DNA of 52,661 nt from a virus. Lineage: Duplodnaviria > Caudoviricetes. Under the pieces are notes generated by a model. That model was given only the letters and a program-made list of their open reading frames with translations, made no database searches and was not told the origin of the DNA. The position numbers were made by a program, and so were the translations under genes. Every line of letters begins with the position of its first letter. Position 1 is the first letter of the stretch. Positions 41,756 through 51,872 of this stretch are shown here, in pieces. The stretch lies in the IMG/VR virus record IMGVR_UViG_3300042541_000817, positions 1 through 52,661 of that record; one strand, 5' to 3'.

Positions 41756-44700
41756 ATGTCTACTCCATCAAACCTATACGCAGAAAAGGTGTTTGCAGAA
41801 CACCCAACAGGTCTTTGGGCTCTTGACGATAATGCAGATTATATTTCTTTAATTTCTGAACCACAAAGAAATCTATCTAACTGGACGATTACTGGCGGTA
41901 CTCATCAAGACTATCCACAGTCAATAGGCGAACCATTCATCAATAGTTATGTAGGCAAAATTACAGCAACTCCAACTAGCAACGAGTTAGCATCGATTGT
42001 TGCAATAAGCAATGAGATTATGGATCTGCGAGATATGAGCGATTACTTGGGAACATTTTCCGTTGGTGGATACTTTTATTCTGAAAGTGCCTATATTGCA
42101 GGTTTTGAAATTGGGTATCAATATGAAGATACGACCAGCGGACAGATTGTTACACATCTAAAAAATTATGACACCATCATAAACAATAGTTGGGTTTTTA
42201 TATCAGAAACATTTGATATACCACCAGACGATTCAAAAATACAACTAGTGTTTAAGATTAATTTTATTGGGGGATCAGAAATAGAAGATGTGTTTTTAAT
42301 AAACGGAATTACTTTTGGGCAATGGTCAGAAGAGTTTGCATCAACTTCTCTAGGAACAACCTTAATAGATATTCCTTCAACAATTTCAATTGCTCCACAG
42401 AAAGGCCTTGTTGCAAAATGCTATGGATTACAAGAACTTGATGCCTACTATTTGGCTTCTGAAAATATGCTTAAAGCAAAAAATTTAAGCATCCCAATGG
42501 TTTATGGAGCATCCAGCCTAACAGCATTATATCCAAATGGATCAAATCCATCTCTTATAATTCCTGGAGTAGGACTTTTAAATGAGTCTGGAAAATTTAA
42601 AGAATACACTCTTGAAACTTGGTTAAGGGTAAACTCTTATACTAATGAAACAAAAAAAATCATAGGACCAATCGCTTCGGATGATGGTATATATGTTGAC
42701 GGTCCAGCGATAGGTCTTAAAGTTGGTAAAGAATATAGAACATATTATGTTGGAGAGTGGACAAGACCAATGCTCGTTCACTTGAGAGTTGGAATAGACA
42801 TTGTTTCTCTTGTTATTAATGGGCAAGAAGTTATATCTTTAGATTATGACAGAGAAACTATTTCTTTCCCAGAAATGTTTAATGAAAACGAAAAAGACCA
42901 AGACTGGATAGGGTTTTATGCACACGAAGAAGTTTATCCAATAGAAATTGATTGTGTTGGAATTTATCCATATGTAGTTGCAACCGCTATGGCAAAAAGA
43001 AGATTTGTTTTTGGTCAAGGTGTAGAAATACCAGAAAATATTAATACATCATATAGCGGAACTTCCGTATTTATTGATTATGCTTTTGCAGATTATACTG
43101 CCAATTATTCTTACCCAAAGGTTGGATCCTGGCAACAAGCATTTAACGATAACACATCAATTGTTAATAAATCTTTATCTGTGCCATCTGGACCTCTTCC
43201 AGAAATAGTCCTGTCGTCAAAAACAGAAAAAGATTTACTGTCAGACTGTAAGTTAGTTCAGTCATCTGATACAGAAAACTTTTTTTCTTTTAGGCCTAAC
43301 CCTACTTGGAATTTAGTTTCTGGTTATTTATTTTTTAAAAACTTTGATTTTTTAAAAAGCCCAGTATCTGCCTTTTATGGTTGTATGAGAATCCCAGATT
43401 CATCTCCTACTGTTCAAACACTTTTTAGAATTGAAAAAGAAAACACCAACAGTTATTTTGCAATAGAACTAATTAACAATCAAATATCATACTCTATAAA
43501 TTATGACGGAATTTTAGAAACAATATACTCTCCAACTGTCGCAGAGCCTGGGGAATTAATTGATGTTGGAATAAATATTCCAGCGTTTGTTTCTAGGTTT
43601 GGAAATCCAGCCTCAGATTTCTTTGGATCTTTATCAGATTTAAGACTATATGTAGGCGGTAAAAAAGACGAAACTTCTACATTTACGGGTAAAATTTATA
43701 AGATTGGCTTTTGTACAAAATACAACTTTCAAAAAATTAGGTCATTATTTAATGAGATAGGTGTTCCAGTTTGGAACGAAGATCTTTTTGCTGTGTATCA
43801 GAACAATCAGTTAATAAATATAGACGGTGGAGTAGACACAACATCAATGTCGCCACATGGAGGAACAACAGATACGGCTAACGGCGCTATATCTGGAGGT
43901 GGTGTTTTTATATCTGATGAAGATTTTCTTATAGATCATGTGGCAAGTTATACTCTTTTGCCAGATGAAATTTTTGATACATACAGTTTAACAGTGTCTG
44001 CAAACGCATATTGGGAAGATCAAATTCCGCTAACATATTTTGCTGAATCAGTTTTAGATAAACGGGGGGATCAGTATTTTGACCTTGATTTTATACAGTT
44101 TAATATAGACTATCCAATACCATCAAAAACTATTGCAATAGAAACTGAACCAGTTGACTGGACATATGCAGAACTTGCTAATGAGTATGGTCTGCCAGTT
44201 CAAAGAACTTATGAGTCACTTGATAATTATTTATTTACTGGTTATAATGATTATGAAGATCTTAAAAACAAAATAGCAAAAGACTATAGGTATGACACAG
44301 ATGGAGCAATAGTAAAAACTTATGTTACATTTCAGTATACAGAGTTGGGGGCAAATCAAACTTCTTTTTATTTTACAAAAACAGAAAGACCTTCTAGAAA
44401 TGGAATTTTAATTCCTGGCTCAGACTGGATGACTACAAAGTATGAAGTTGTAGACAATATGATAATTTATCCACCAGTTGGTGTAGACTTTAACGATCTC
44501 TCTATAGTTACGCATATTGATATAAATGTTAAAAATTCATCAACTCACAATGTCAATATTAAAAAACTTTCTTACGCATCGCAGGCACTAAATGAATCAG
44601 ACGCAAGTCCAATAGGAACTAGGTTTGGAACCCCTATATACCCATATACCAAAACTGGAATTTACTATAACTTTAAAAAGAATAATCCATTTTCTATATA

Positions 44701-45472
44701 TACTGGATCATCTCCATATTTGTATCTTACAAAAACAAGTGGTATTCAAGTAAAGGGGCAGTACGATCCTATTGTTAATCGTGGACTTTCTATTCCTATG
44801 AATACAAGCAGAGCAAATAACTTTAAAGTAATAGCAATGCAAATGGCTGTTAGATTTGATGGAGACTACTTTCCATACGCACCAACTCAAATATTTGAAG
44901 TAGAAAGCAAAGGATCATATATAAAGTTTTACATGGTTGCAAATGACCCAAGTGGAAGAAGAGCAAAAATTTACGCAATTGATGCAAAGACTGGTTTAGT
45001 TCAAGACGGCATTGGGTTTTACTGGAACGGAAAGATTGTAAAAGAGCCAGTGCTAACTCTTCAAGAGTGGGGATTCTTAGGTATTAATTTTGCAGACAGT
45101 CTTGACTTTTCATTTTTTGAAGGGGCAACAAGATTGACTGGCCCACTAATGTTTAATAGTATTTCTTACTATCAATCAACAAACCTTCAAGAAGTCCAAA
45201 ACATATCAGAAAGACCATGGTTTAGGGTAAAGGTTTTATCTGGTTTAGGTCTGGACTGGGAGTTCTGGAATGTTGGATCATTTAACTGGAATAAAGTTCT
45301 TGTGTTGGCTGAAACCAGTTATTATGGAGTAAACCCATCAGAGGTATACAAGAGTTATACTGGAACAAATAAATTAATTGTAGGAGACAACTTCCCATTG
45401 ACAGTTGGAGATTATGCGTACTCTTTATATAATGACATTTCCTGGAATAAATTTACGGTTGATCCCGTTTAA
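41756..45472 (+). CDS. large virion protein with LamG/concanavalin-like region
   Basis: LYAEKVFAEHPTGLWALDD N-terminus; YTLETWLR motif; lies in the structural block. Confidence 0.65.
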   Translation: MSTPSNLYAEKVFAEHPTGLWALDDNADYISLISEPQRNLSNWTITGGTHQDYPQSIGEPFINSYVGKITATPTSNELASIVAISNEIMDLRDMSDYLGTFSVGGYFYSESAYIAGFEIGYQYEDTTSGQIVTHLKNYDTIINNSWVFISETFDIPPDDSKIQLVFKINFIGGSEIEDVFLINGITFGQWSEEFASTSLGTTLIDIPSTISIAPQKGLVAKCYGLQELDAYYLASENMLKAKNLSIPMVYGASSLTALYPNGSNPSLIIPGVGLLNESGKFKEYTLETWLRVNSYTNETKKIIGPIASDDGIYVDGPAIGLKVGKEYRTYYVGEWTRPMLVHLRVGIDIVSLVINGQEVISLDYDRETISFPEMFNENEKDQDWIGFYAHEEVYPIEIDCVGIYPYVVATAMAKRRFVFGQGVEIPENINTSYSGTSVFIDYAFADYTANYSYPKVGSWQQAFNDNTSIVNKSLSVPSGPLPEIVLSSKTEKDLLSDCKLVQSSDTENFFSFRPNPTWNLVSGYLFFKNFDFLKSPVSAFYGCMRIPDSSPTVQTLFRIEKENTNSYFAIELINNQISYSINYDGILETIYSPTVAEPGELIDVGINIPAFVSRFGNPASDFFGSLSDLRLYVGGKKDETSTFTGKIYKIGFCTKYNFQKIRSLFNEIGVPVWNEDLFAVYQNNQLINIDGGVDTTSMSPHGGTTDTANGAISGGGVFISDEDFLIDHVASYTLLPDEIFDTYSLTVSANAYWEDQIPLTYFAESVLDKRGDQYFDLDFIQFNIDYPIPSKTIAIETEPVDWTYAELANEYGLPVQRTYESLDNYLFTGYNDYEDLKNKIAKDYRYDTDGAIVKTYVTFQYTELGANQTSFYFTKTERPSRNGILIPGSDWMTTKYEVVDNMIIYPPVGVDFNDLSIVTHIDINVKNSSTHNVNIKKLSYASQALNESDASPIGTRFGTPIYPYTKTGIYYNFKKNNPFSIYTGSSPYLYLTKTSGIQVKGQYDPIVNRGLSIPMNTSRANNFKVIAMQMAVRFDGDYFPYAPTQIFEVESKGSYIKFYMVANDPSGRRAKIYAIDAKTGLVQDGIGFYWNGKIVKEPVLTLQEWGFLGINFADSLDFSFFEGATRLTGPLMFNSISYYQSTNLQEVQNISERPWFRVKVLSGLGLDWEFWNVGSFNWNKVLVLAETSYYGVNPSEVYKSYTGTNKLIVGDNFPLTVGDYAYSLYNDISWNKFTVDPV

Positions 45473-45490
45473 TATGGTATACTTGTGGAT

Positions 45491-45877
45491 ATGGATTCGT
45501 TAATAGACCCAAAAACTGGTCAACCAATTGTTAAAAATGTCAGACGTAGAGTCATTGAAAAAGATTATGACTGGGGTCTATACATTTATAAAAAGGCCAA
45601 CGGAAGATATTTCTCAGATGGTCATGGTTCTGTCTTAAATATTCCTTCTATGCGAGGGGATATTTCAAAAATTTCAGAACTAAAGCAGGCAGCAATACAC
45701 TACGGAGACCCAGGAGACGGAACTGTAGAATTTATTGCTGGCTCATCTCGTGTATCTGAAGAAGAGTATAGCGAGCAAGTAGACAGAATGAACTCTGGAT
45801 TGCTTCCTAATCTAAACGATCTTGGAGCAGTTCAAGCAGCAAAAGATACAATAGCATTGTATGGAGACGAGGAGTAA
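45491..45877 (+). CDS. conserved hypothetical protein upstream of portal
   Basis: ORF track; start moved to the leaderless ATG after TGGTATACT. Confidence 0.7.
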   Translation: MDSLIDPKTGQPIVKNVRRRVIEKDYDWGLYIYKKANGRYFSDGHGSVLNIPSMRGDISKISELKQAAIHYGDPGDGTVEFIAGSSRVSEEEYSEQVDRMNSGLLPNLNDLGAVQAAKDTIALYGDEE

Positions 45878-45879
45878 TT

Positions 45880-47472
45880 ATGGAAGATAACGAAATTGTT
45901 ATTGGGGCAAGCATTGATCGTGCAATCAGTAAAGACGAGCCATTCTTAAACTCAGATCCTTTTAAGGGTAATTGGGAAACACTAAAGACTCTAGACGGCC
46001 TAGACTCAAACTTTAAAAGACGCATAAGCAGATCTTCAACAAAGATGGTTGAACCAACAACGCAATACACAACTGCAGCACTTGCTGGAAAAAGCGGTAT
46101 TGATGGAGCACAGTCAAAAGAAATAAACCCAGGCCTAGTATATGTAAACGGCTACGGAATGTTCGATGTTATTACACCACCATGGAACCTATATGAATTG
46201 GCAAACTATTACGACACTTCTTTTGCAAACCACGCAGCCATTGATGCAAAGGTAGAAAACATTGTCGGACTTGGCTATGAGTTTCATATCTCTCAAAGAA
46301 CAATGCTTCGTTTAGAGTCTTCAGAAGACAATAGCGCTACACAAAAGGCAAGAAAAAGAATTGAAAGAACTAAGATTGAAGCAAGAGATTGGCTAGAGTC
46401 ACTCAATGACGATGACTCTTTTACTGCAACTATGGAAAAGGTTTATACAGATCTTCAATCAACTGGAAACGGATATCTAGAAGTAGGAAGAACTACTCGT
46501 GGAGAGATTGGGTATGTCGGTCACATCCCAGCAACAACAATGAGAGTAAGAAGAATCAAAGACGGATATGTACAAATTATTGGAAATAAGATTGTTTACT
46601 TCCGTAATTTTGGAGCAAAGAATCCAAACCCACTAACAACAGATGCAAGACCAAACGAGATTATTCACTTTAAGCAATACTCACCTCTTAACACTTTCTA
46701 CGGAGTACCAGACATTATGTCGGCCATCAACTCCCTGCATGGAGACTCGCTTGCTTCACAATATAATATTGACTACTTTGCAAATAAAGCAGTGCCAAGA
46801 TACGTAGTAACACTAAAAGGTGCAAAACTTTCTGGAGACGCAGAAGATAAGATGTTCCGATTCTTGCAGACAAATCTCAGAGGGCAGTCACACAGAACGC
46901 TATATATTCCACTTCCAGGTGATAGCGAAAACAATAAAGTTGAATTTAAAATGGAACCCATCGAAGACGGTATACAAGACGGCTCATTTAAAGAGTATCG
47001 TAAGCAAAACCGTGATGACATCCTGGTAGCACATCAAGTGCCATTGTCTAAACTTGGAGGTGGCGATTCTGGATCTATTGCAGCAGCACTTGCACAGGAT
47101 CGTACCTTTAAGGAGCAGGTTGCAAGGCCAGCACAAAGACAATTGGAAAAAATGATCAATAAGATCATTCGTGAAAAGACAGACATTGTTGAATTTGTAT
47201 TTAACGAGTTAACCCTAACAGATGAAATCGCACAATCTCAAATCCTTGAGAGGTATGTAAAGAATCAGATCATGACTCCGAATGAAGCACGAGTTGCTCT
47301 TGACATGCCACAGCGAGAAGGTGGGGACGAAGTCTTACAACTTAAGCCAGAGGCTGCAGCAGAAGCAAGCACAACAAGGGCTAGGGATTCAGAGAGAACA
47401 AACAACAACTCTGACAGTTCTTCAACCGTTGCTGGACGAAATCCAAAGGGTGAAGGAAGAAAAACTCCCTGA
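45880..47472 (+). CDS. portal protein
   Basis: TGNGYLEV, EIIHFK..YGVP, YFANKAVP, MTPNEARVAL..GGD. Confidence 0.92.
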   Translation: MEDNEIVIGASIDRAISKDEPFLNSDPFKGNWETLKTLDGLDSNFKRRISRSSTKMVEPTTQYTTAALAGKSGIDGAQSKEINPGLVYVNGYGMFDVITPPWNLYELANYYDTSFANHAAIDAKVENIVGLGYEFHISQRTMLRLESSEDNSATQKARKRIERTKIEARDWLESLNDDDSFTATMEKVYTDLQSTGNGYLEVGRTTRGEIGYVGHIPATTMRVRRIKDGYVQIIGNKIVYFRNFGAKNPNPLTTDARPNEIIHFKQYSPLNTFYGVPDIMSAINSLHGDSLASQYNIDYFANKAVPRYVVTLKGAKLSGDAEDKMFRFLQTNLRGQSHRTLYIPLPGDSENNKVEFKMEPIEDGIQDGSFKEYRKQNRDDILVAHQVPLSKLGGGDSGSIAAALAQDRTFKEQVARPAQRQLEKMINKIIREKTDIVEFVFNELTLTDEIAQSQILERYVKNQIMTPNEARVALDMPQREGGDEVLQLKPEAAAEASTTRARDSERTNNNSDSSSTVAGRNPKGEGRKTP

Positions 47473-47524
47473 TGTCCGATATGTCCAGAATGTGATACTT
47501 GTGTAAAATGGAGGGTATAATATA

Positions 47525-48862
47525 GTGGTGAGCAATATATCTAAAGCCCATTGGAATTCAGATGGGGAAAATCTTCGTCTATCAATGCCTTTTAGTAAGG
47601 TCGACAAAGAACGACGCATCGTTTCAGGTTTTGCATCATTAGACAATCTAGACAAGCAGATGGATATCGTAACAGCAGAAGCATCTATGAACGCTTTTGC
47701 AAAGTTTAGAGGAAACATTCGTGAAATGCATCAACCACTTGCAGTTGGTAAGATGGTAAATTTTAAAGAAGATAAGTATTTTGATCCAGACTCAAAGAAA
47801 TTTTACAGAGGCGTTTTCGTTTCAGCATATGTTTCAAAAGGTGCACAAGATACTTGGGAAAAAGTTCTAGACGGAACACTAACAGGTTTTTCTATTGGTG
47901 GACGAATGAACAAATGGGATGACGGATTTGATGAAAAGTCAGACTCACAAATTAGAATTATTAAAGACTACGACCTGATAGAGTTAAGCCTTGTAGATTC
48001 ACCAGCAAATCAATTTGCCAATATAGTATCGGTTGAAAAAGTTGATGGTGTAGATATCGTAAAGGGAGACTTAACAGTTTTAGAAAATGTTTTTTACGAC
48101 AAGGAAAACGGTATTGTAATATCATCTGAGAACGAATCAGAACTCAGCCCAGTCAGTGGAGAACAAATGGAAAATATAGGGTTCGTTGAAAAAACGGATA
48201 ACGAAAAAACAGTAATGATAAAATTCTTAGTTGATAGTGCTAAAGGCATTAATACTTCTAAGATTAACAAGGAGGTACAACCTATGACAAAATCAAAAAC
48301 ACAAGTTGAAAAGACAGATGTAGTTGAAGATGTTGTGGTCGCTCCAGAGGCAGATGCATCAGTTGCAGAAGTTACTGAACAAGTTGCTAAGGCAGAAGAG
48401 GTTGAGGCAACAGAAGTTGCTAAGACCGATGAAGTTGTAGCAGAAGAGATTACTAAAGCAGAAGATGCTGAAGCAGTCGAAACAGTAGTTGAAGCAGTTG
48501 TAGAAGTATCTAAGTCAGAAGAGGTAGTTGCAGAAGCAGTTACCGAAATGAAAAATACTCTAGAATCAGCCTTTAGCGATCTAGTGTCAACAGTAAAGGC
48601 TTTGCAAGCAGAAGTAGAACTTCTTAAGTCTTCAAAGGTAGATGTTGATACAGTTAAGGATTCATTTGCAGCAGTTGCAAAAGATATTGCAGCAGTATCA
48701 AGTGAATTTAATGAATTTGGAAAACGAGTAGACGCTGTGGAAGCAGACACCGCATTCCGAAAGTCTGGAGATATCGGCGATATCTTTCAGAATCAATCTG
48801 AAACGGTTGAAAAATCCCTATGGGGCGGTAGTTTCCTCAAAACAGCCGATCTATTCAAATGA
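47525..48862 (+). CDS. HK97-type prohead protease fused to acidic scaffold domain
   Basis: RIVSGFAS..D, REMH, GTLTGFSIGG, ELSLVDSPAN; E/A/V-rich coiled-coil C-half. Confidence 0.9.
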   Translation: MVSNISKAHWNSDGENLRLSMPFSKVDKERRIVSGFASLDNLDKQMDIVTAEASMNAFAKFRGNIREMHQPLAVGKMVNFKEDKYFDPDSKKFYRGVFVSAYVSKGAQDTWEKVLDGTLTGFSIGGRMNKWDDGFDEKSDSQIRIIKDYDLIELSLVDSPANQFANIVSVEKVDGVDIVKGDLTVLENVFYDKENGIVISSENESELSPVSGEQMENIGFVEKTDNEKTVMIKFLVDSAKGINTSKINKEVQPMTKSKTQVEKTDVVEDVVVAPEADASVAEVTEQVAKAEEVEATEVAKTDEVVAEEITKAEDAEAVETVVEAVVEVSKSEEVVAEAVTEMKNTLESAFSDLVSTVKALQAEVELLKSSKVDVDTVKDSFAAVAKDIAAVSSEFNEFGKRVDAVEADTAFRKSGDIGDIFQNQSETVEKSLWGGSFLKTADLFK

Positions 48863-48885
48863 ACAAATCACTAGGAGGTGACAAT

Positions 48886-50016
48886 ATGTCAGAAGAAATA
48901 ATCAAAAACCAGCCAGGCGCTGAAGCAAATCTAGGAGGAGAAACTCCAGGTCTGTATCAGGGTCAAGGTGCTTTCGCATCAGGTGGTATTGGTGGAGTAT
49001 CAAATCCAGGAGCAAACACTCTCGGAAACATTCCAACAGCAACACTTGGATCAACAAGCGGAGCAAATGCTGTTAACCCTAGTGGTTCAGCGGCTTCTGG
49101 AATTTTGCGCCCCGAGCAGGCACGTCGTTTTATCGACTATGTTTGGGACGCTACAGTATTAGCAAAGGATGGCCGTCGTGTAACAATGAAGGCTAATTCA
49201 ATGGAACTTGAGAAGGTAAACGTCGGTGAGCGTGTAATTCGTGCAGCAGCGCAAGCAATTGGTACATACACAAACACAGGCGCAACATTCTCTAAGGTCG
49301 AACTTACTACCAAGAAGATTCGTCTTGATTGGGAAGTAACAGCAGAATCATTGGAAGATGGTGTAGAAGGTGACGCTCTAGAAGATCACTTAGTACGCTT
49401 GATGACCAACGCATTCGCAAATGATATCGAAGATCTCGCTATCAATGGTGATGGTTCAACAGGAGCATTCTTGTCAATCATGCCAGGCTTTATTAAGAAG
49501 ACCAAAGATGGTGGAGCACATGAGTCAGTAGTGACCGTAGCAGATAATGCTTGGACACCTGATGTAATGCAGGGCATCATCAATGCAATGCCACGTAAGT
49601 ACCGTGCACTTAAGAACAATCTTAAGTTCTACGCAGGTACAGACGTATTCGGTGGAATCGTTAAGAATAACGGTACACTTGCTGATGCAGTTGCTGAAGC
49701 GTTTGCTGGACAAATTCCAGGAAGCACACAAGCAAATCGTCAGAACTACCTTGATGGTATCGGACAGACATTCGGTGGAGCACGTACAACTCGTGTTCTC
49801 GGAATCGAAGTTCAGGAAGTTCCTTACTACCCAGCAGGATATGTCGACTTGACATTCCCAGCAAACCGTGTATGGGGATTCCAAAGAGACATCACTGTAA
49901 ACCGTGAATACGTAGCAAAGAAGGACACGATTGAATACACAGTATTCGTTCGCTTCGGACTCCAGTTGGAAGAAGAAGACGCCATTTCTTACGCAGATGC
50001 TGCTTCAGACTCATAG
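48886..50016 (+). CDS. major capsid protein
   Basis: GILRPEQARRFID, LEDGVEG..FANDIEDLAINGD; follows the protease; RBS GGAGG; start moved to MSEEIIK. Confidence 0.92.
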   Translation: MSEEIIKNQPGAEANLGGETPGLYQGQGAFASGGIGGVSNPGANTLGNIPTATLGSTSGANAVNPSGSAASGILRPEQARRFIDYVWDATVLAKDGRRVTMKANSMELEKVNVGERVIRAAAQAIGTYTNTGATFSKVELTTKKIRLDWEVTAESLEDGVEGDALEDHLVRLMTNAFANDIEDLAINGDGSTGAFLSIMPGFIKKTKDGGAHESVVTVADNAWTPDVMQGIINAMPRKYRALKNNLKFYAGTDVFGGIVKNNGTLADAVAEAFAGQIPGSTQANRQNYLDGIGQTFGGARTTRVLGIEVQEVPYYPAGYVDLTFPANRVWGFQRDITVNREYVAKKDTIEYTVFVRFGLQLEEEDAISYADAASDS

Positions 50017-50038
50017 TCTGTAACCAGTAACCTTTAAT

Positions 50039-50070
50039 GGGGGGCGGGAGTTCACTCTCCTGTCCCCCTT
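50039..50070 (+). terminator. terminator hairpin after capsid gene
   Basis: GGGGGGCGGGAG-loop-CTCCTGTCCCCC. Confidence 0.7.
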
Positions 50071-50107
50071 AATACTTTAGTGATATAATACAAACAAGGA
50101 GGATACA

Positions 50108-50539
50108 ATGGAAAATAATGATAAAGAAATGCGATCAATACATGAATTTGTAGAAGAGCCAGCACAAGCACCAGAGCCAGTACAAGCACCAGAACCAGTA
50201 CAAGCACCAGAACCAGTACAGGAGCCAGTACAAGCACCAGTAGTTGAGGCACCAGTTGTCGAAGAACCAGCAGTGGAAGAGCCAGTCCAGGCACTAGGAT
50301 TTACTAAAACAGGAGCAATTGGTTCAATGGCAGCAGACGGCCCTAAGAAAACTGTTAAGGTAGATGGTCTTGGAGACAAGGTCGCTATTCACTCAACAAA
50401 AAGCGTTTATTGGTCAGAAGTCGGGTCTGTAACTAAAGGTTACAATATTGTAACAAAACAACAGGCAGACAAGTGGTTAACTCGCAAACATGTTAGAATT
50501 GCAGAACCAGAAGAAGTCAAGAAGGCTTTTGGTTTGTAA
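50108..50539 (+). CDS. hypothetical protein with PEPVQA repeats
   Basis: ORF track; RBS AGGAGG; 18-bp repeats. Confidence 0.75.
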   Translation: MENNDKEMRSIHEFVEEPAQAPEPVQAPEPVQAPEPVQEPVQAPVVEAPVVEEPAVEEPVQALGFTKTGAIGSMAADGPKKTVKVDGLGDKVAIHSTKSVYWSEVGSVTKGYNIVTKQQADKWLTRKHVRIAEPEEVKKAFGL

Positions 50540-50541
50540 AA

Positions 50542-51423
50542 ATGGAAATATTGAGGGTTCCGCCATACGCTAATATACCAGTTACTTATACAGTTCCTAC
50601 ATCTGTAGTGGACGAAGATGTAACTGTTACTGTTACCGATTTGGCGGACCTTTCAATTTCTACATTAGAATTTGATGAACTTTCAACGGGAGACACAGTA
50701 ACAATAAACCTTCCTGGAAGATATGACTCTGACTATAGAGTAGAAGTTATTATTGACGGAGATATTGTTTCTGATACTACATACGAAATAGTCAGGCCGT
50801 ACGTAAACCCAACTACAAAGGGAGATACAGCCTCAGACATTTCTGCCTATGCAGATAATGAAGAATTAGCAAGAGCAATTATTGATTCAATAGTTGGAGA
50901 AGGATTTTATTATAAGAAAAAGGTTTTAAATTTTACAGGAACTGGATCAGACTATTTGCCTATCTGGGATGATGTAAAAAAAGTTTTAACGGTATATGAA
51001 AATAACAAATTGGTTACAGACAGAGAATATGAAGTAACATCTGACAAGACAGCAATTGTTGAGAAATCAACGGACAATATTAATCGTGCAGAGTCAGCCC
51101 CACTAGTATTACCTGCAGCGTCTTCTGATTCATTAGATCCACAGTTTATTTATAGAGGATTTGGAAAAACTTGGGACTACAGAATAACCGTCGAATACGG
51201 ACACACATCTGTTCCATCAGATATTGTTAAGGCAACAGAGATGCTTGTTCACGATATAGAATGCGGGAAGTTAGATTATTACAAGAGATTTATTTCTTCA
51301 TACAACACAGATCAATATAGAATTCAATTTGATAAAGGTTTATTCGAAGGAACAGGAAATATACTTGTAGACAAGATACTCTCGAAGTATACTAAGTCTA
51401 TTACAAAACTTGGGGTGTTGTAA
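50542..51423 (+). CDS. head-to-tail adaptor
   Basis: ARAIIDS, YG..VPSDIVKAT, TGNILVDKIL..Y; position after capsid. Confidence 0.7.
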   Translation: MEILRVPPYANIPVTYTVPTSVVDEDVTVTVTDLADLSISTLEFDELSTGDTVTINLPGRYDSDYRVEVIIDGDIVSDTTYEIVRPYVNPTTKGDTASDISAYADNEELARAIIDSIVGEGFYYKKKVLNFTGTGSDYLPIWDDVKKVLTVYENNKLVTDREYEVTSDKTAIVEKSTDNINRAESAPLVLPAASSDSLDPQFIYRGFGKTWDYRITVEYGHTSVPSDIVKATEMLVHDIECGKLDYYKRFISSYNTDQYRIQFDKGLFEGTGNILVDKILSKYTKSITKLGVL

Positions 51424-51872
51424 TGACTGTTTGTGAAACTCCAGACTTTATGTTTCCAATGCAAGCCTCTCTATATCATCCAATTGTTGAGCAAGGCGAC
51501 TTTGGAGCAATTAAAAAACAATGGGTTTTAGATAGAACCTTTGCTTGCAGTTTTTCATCAGGAGGCTCAGCATTTAAAGAAGAAGTAAAGCCAAATGTAA
51601 ACATTACTCAGAATAGCATTTTAGTTGGAAGGACAAAGTCAGACATTAGAATATCTTCCAGAGACAACAAGAATTCTTTAACTAATATACTCATAACAGA
51701 TGTAAAAGATCAAGAAGGAAACCTAGTTTATCTAGAAACCTCTGGTCCAAGATCTGGTAAGGGAACGCTATTTGAGATAGCGACCTACGAGCCTTTTGTA
51801 GGACCATTTGGAGTAGTAGAATCTTATAAGTTGATTATCAGAAGATCAGAAAATCAAACAGGTGACGTATGA
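51423..51872 (+). CDS. head closure/stopper protein (putative)
   Basis: synteny, size, beta-rich. Confidence 0.55.
   Translation: MTVCETPDFMFPMQASLYHPIVEQGDFGAIKKQWVLDRTFACSFSSGGSAFKEEVKPNVNITQNSILVGRTKSDIRISSRDNKNSLTNILITDVKDQEGNLVYLETSGPRSGKGTLFEIATYEPFVGPFGVVESYKLIIRRSENQTGDV

Noticed and set aside
48094-48750. 218-aa antisense ORF in scaffold region (and similar ones at 18542, 30456, 31211)
   Set aside because: Antisense shadows of biased GCA/GAA/ACA codon usage in well-supported plus-strand genes.
39697-50016. Introns or inteins in nrdJ, portal or capsid; stop-codon reassignment
   Set aside because: Proteins are of normal length and uninterrupted under the standard code; TAA, TAG and TGA are all used as stops.
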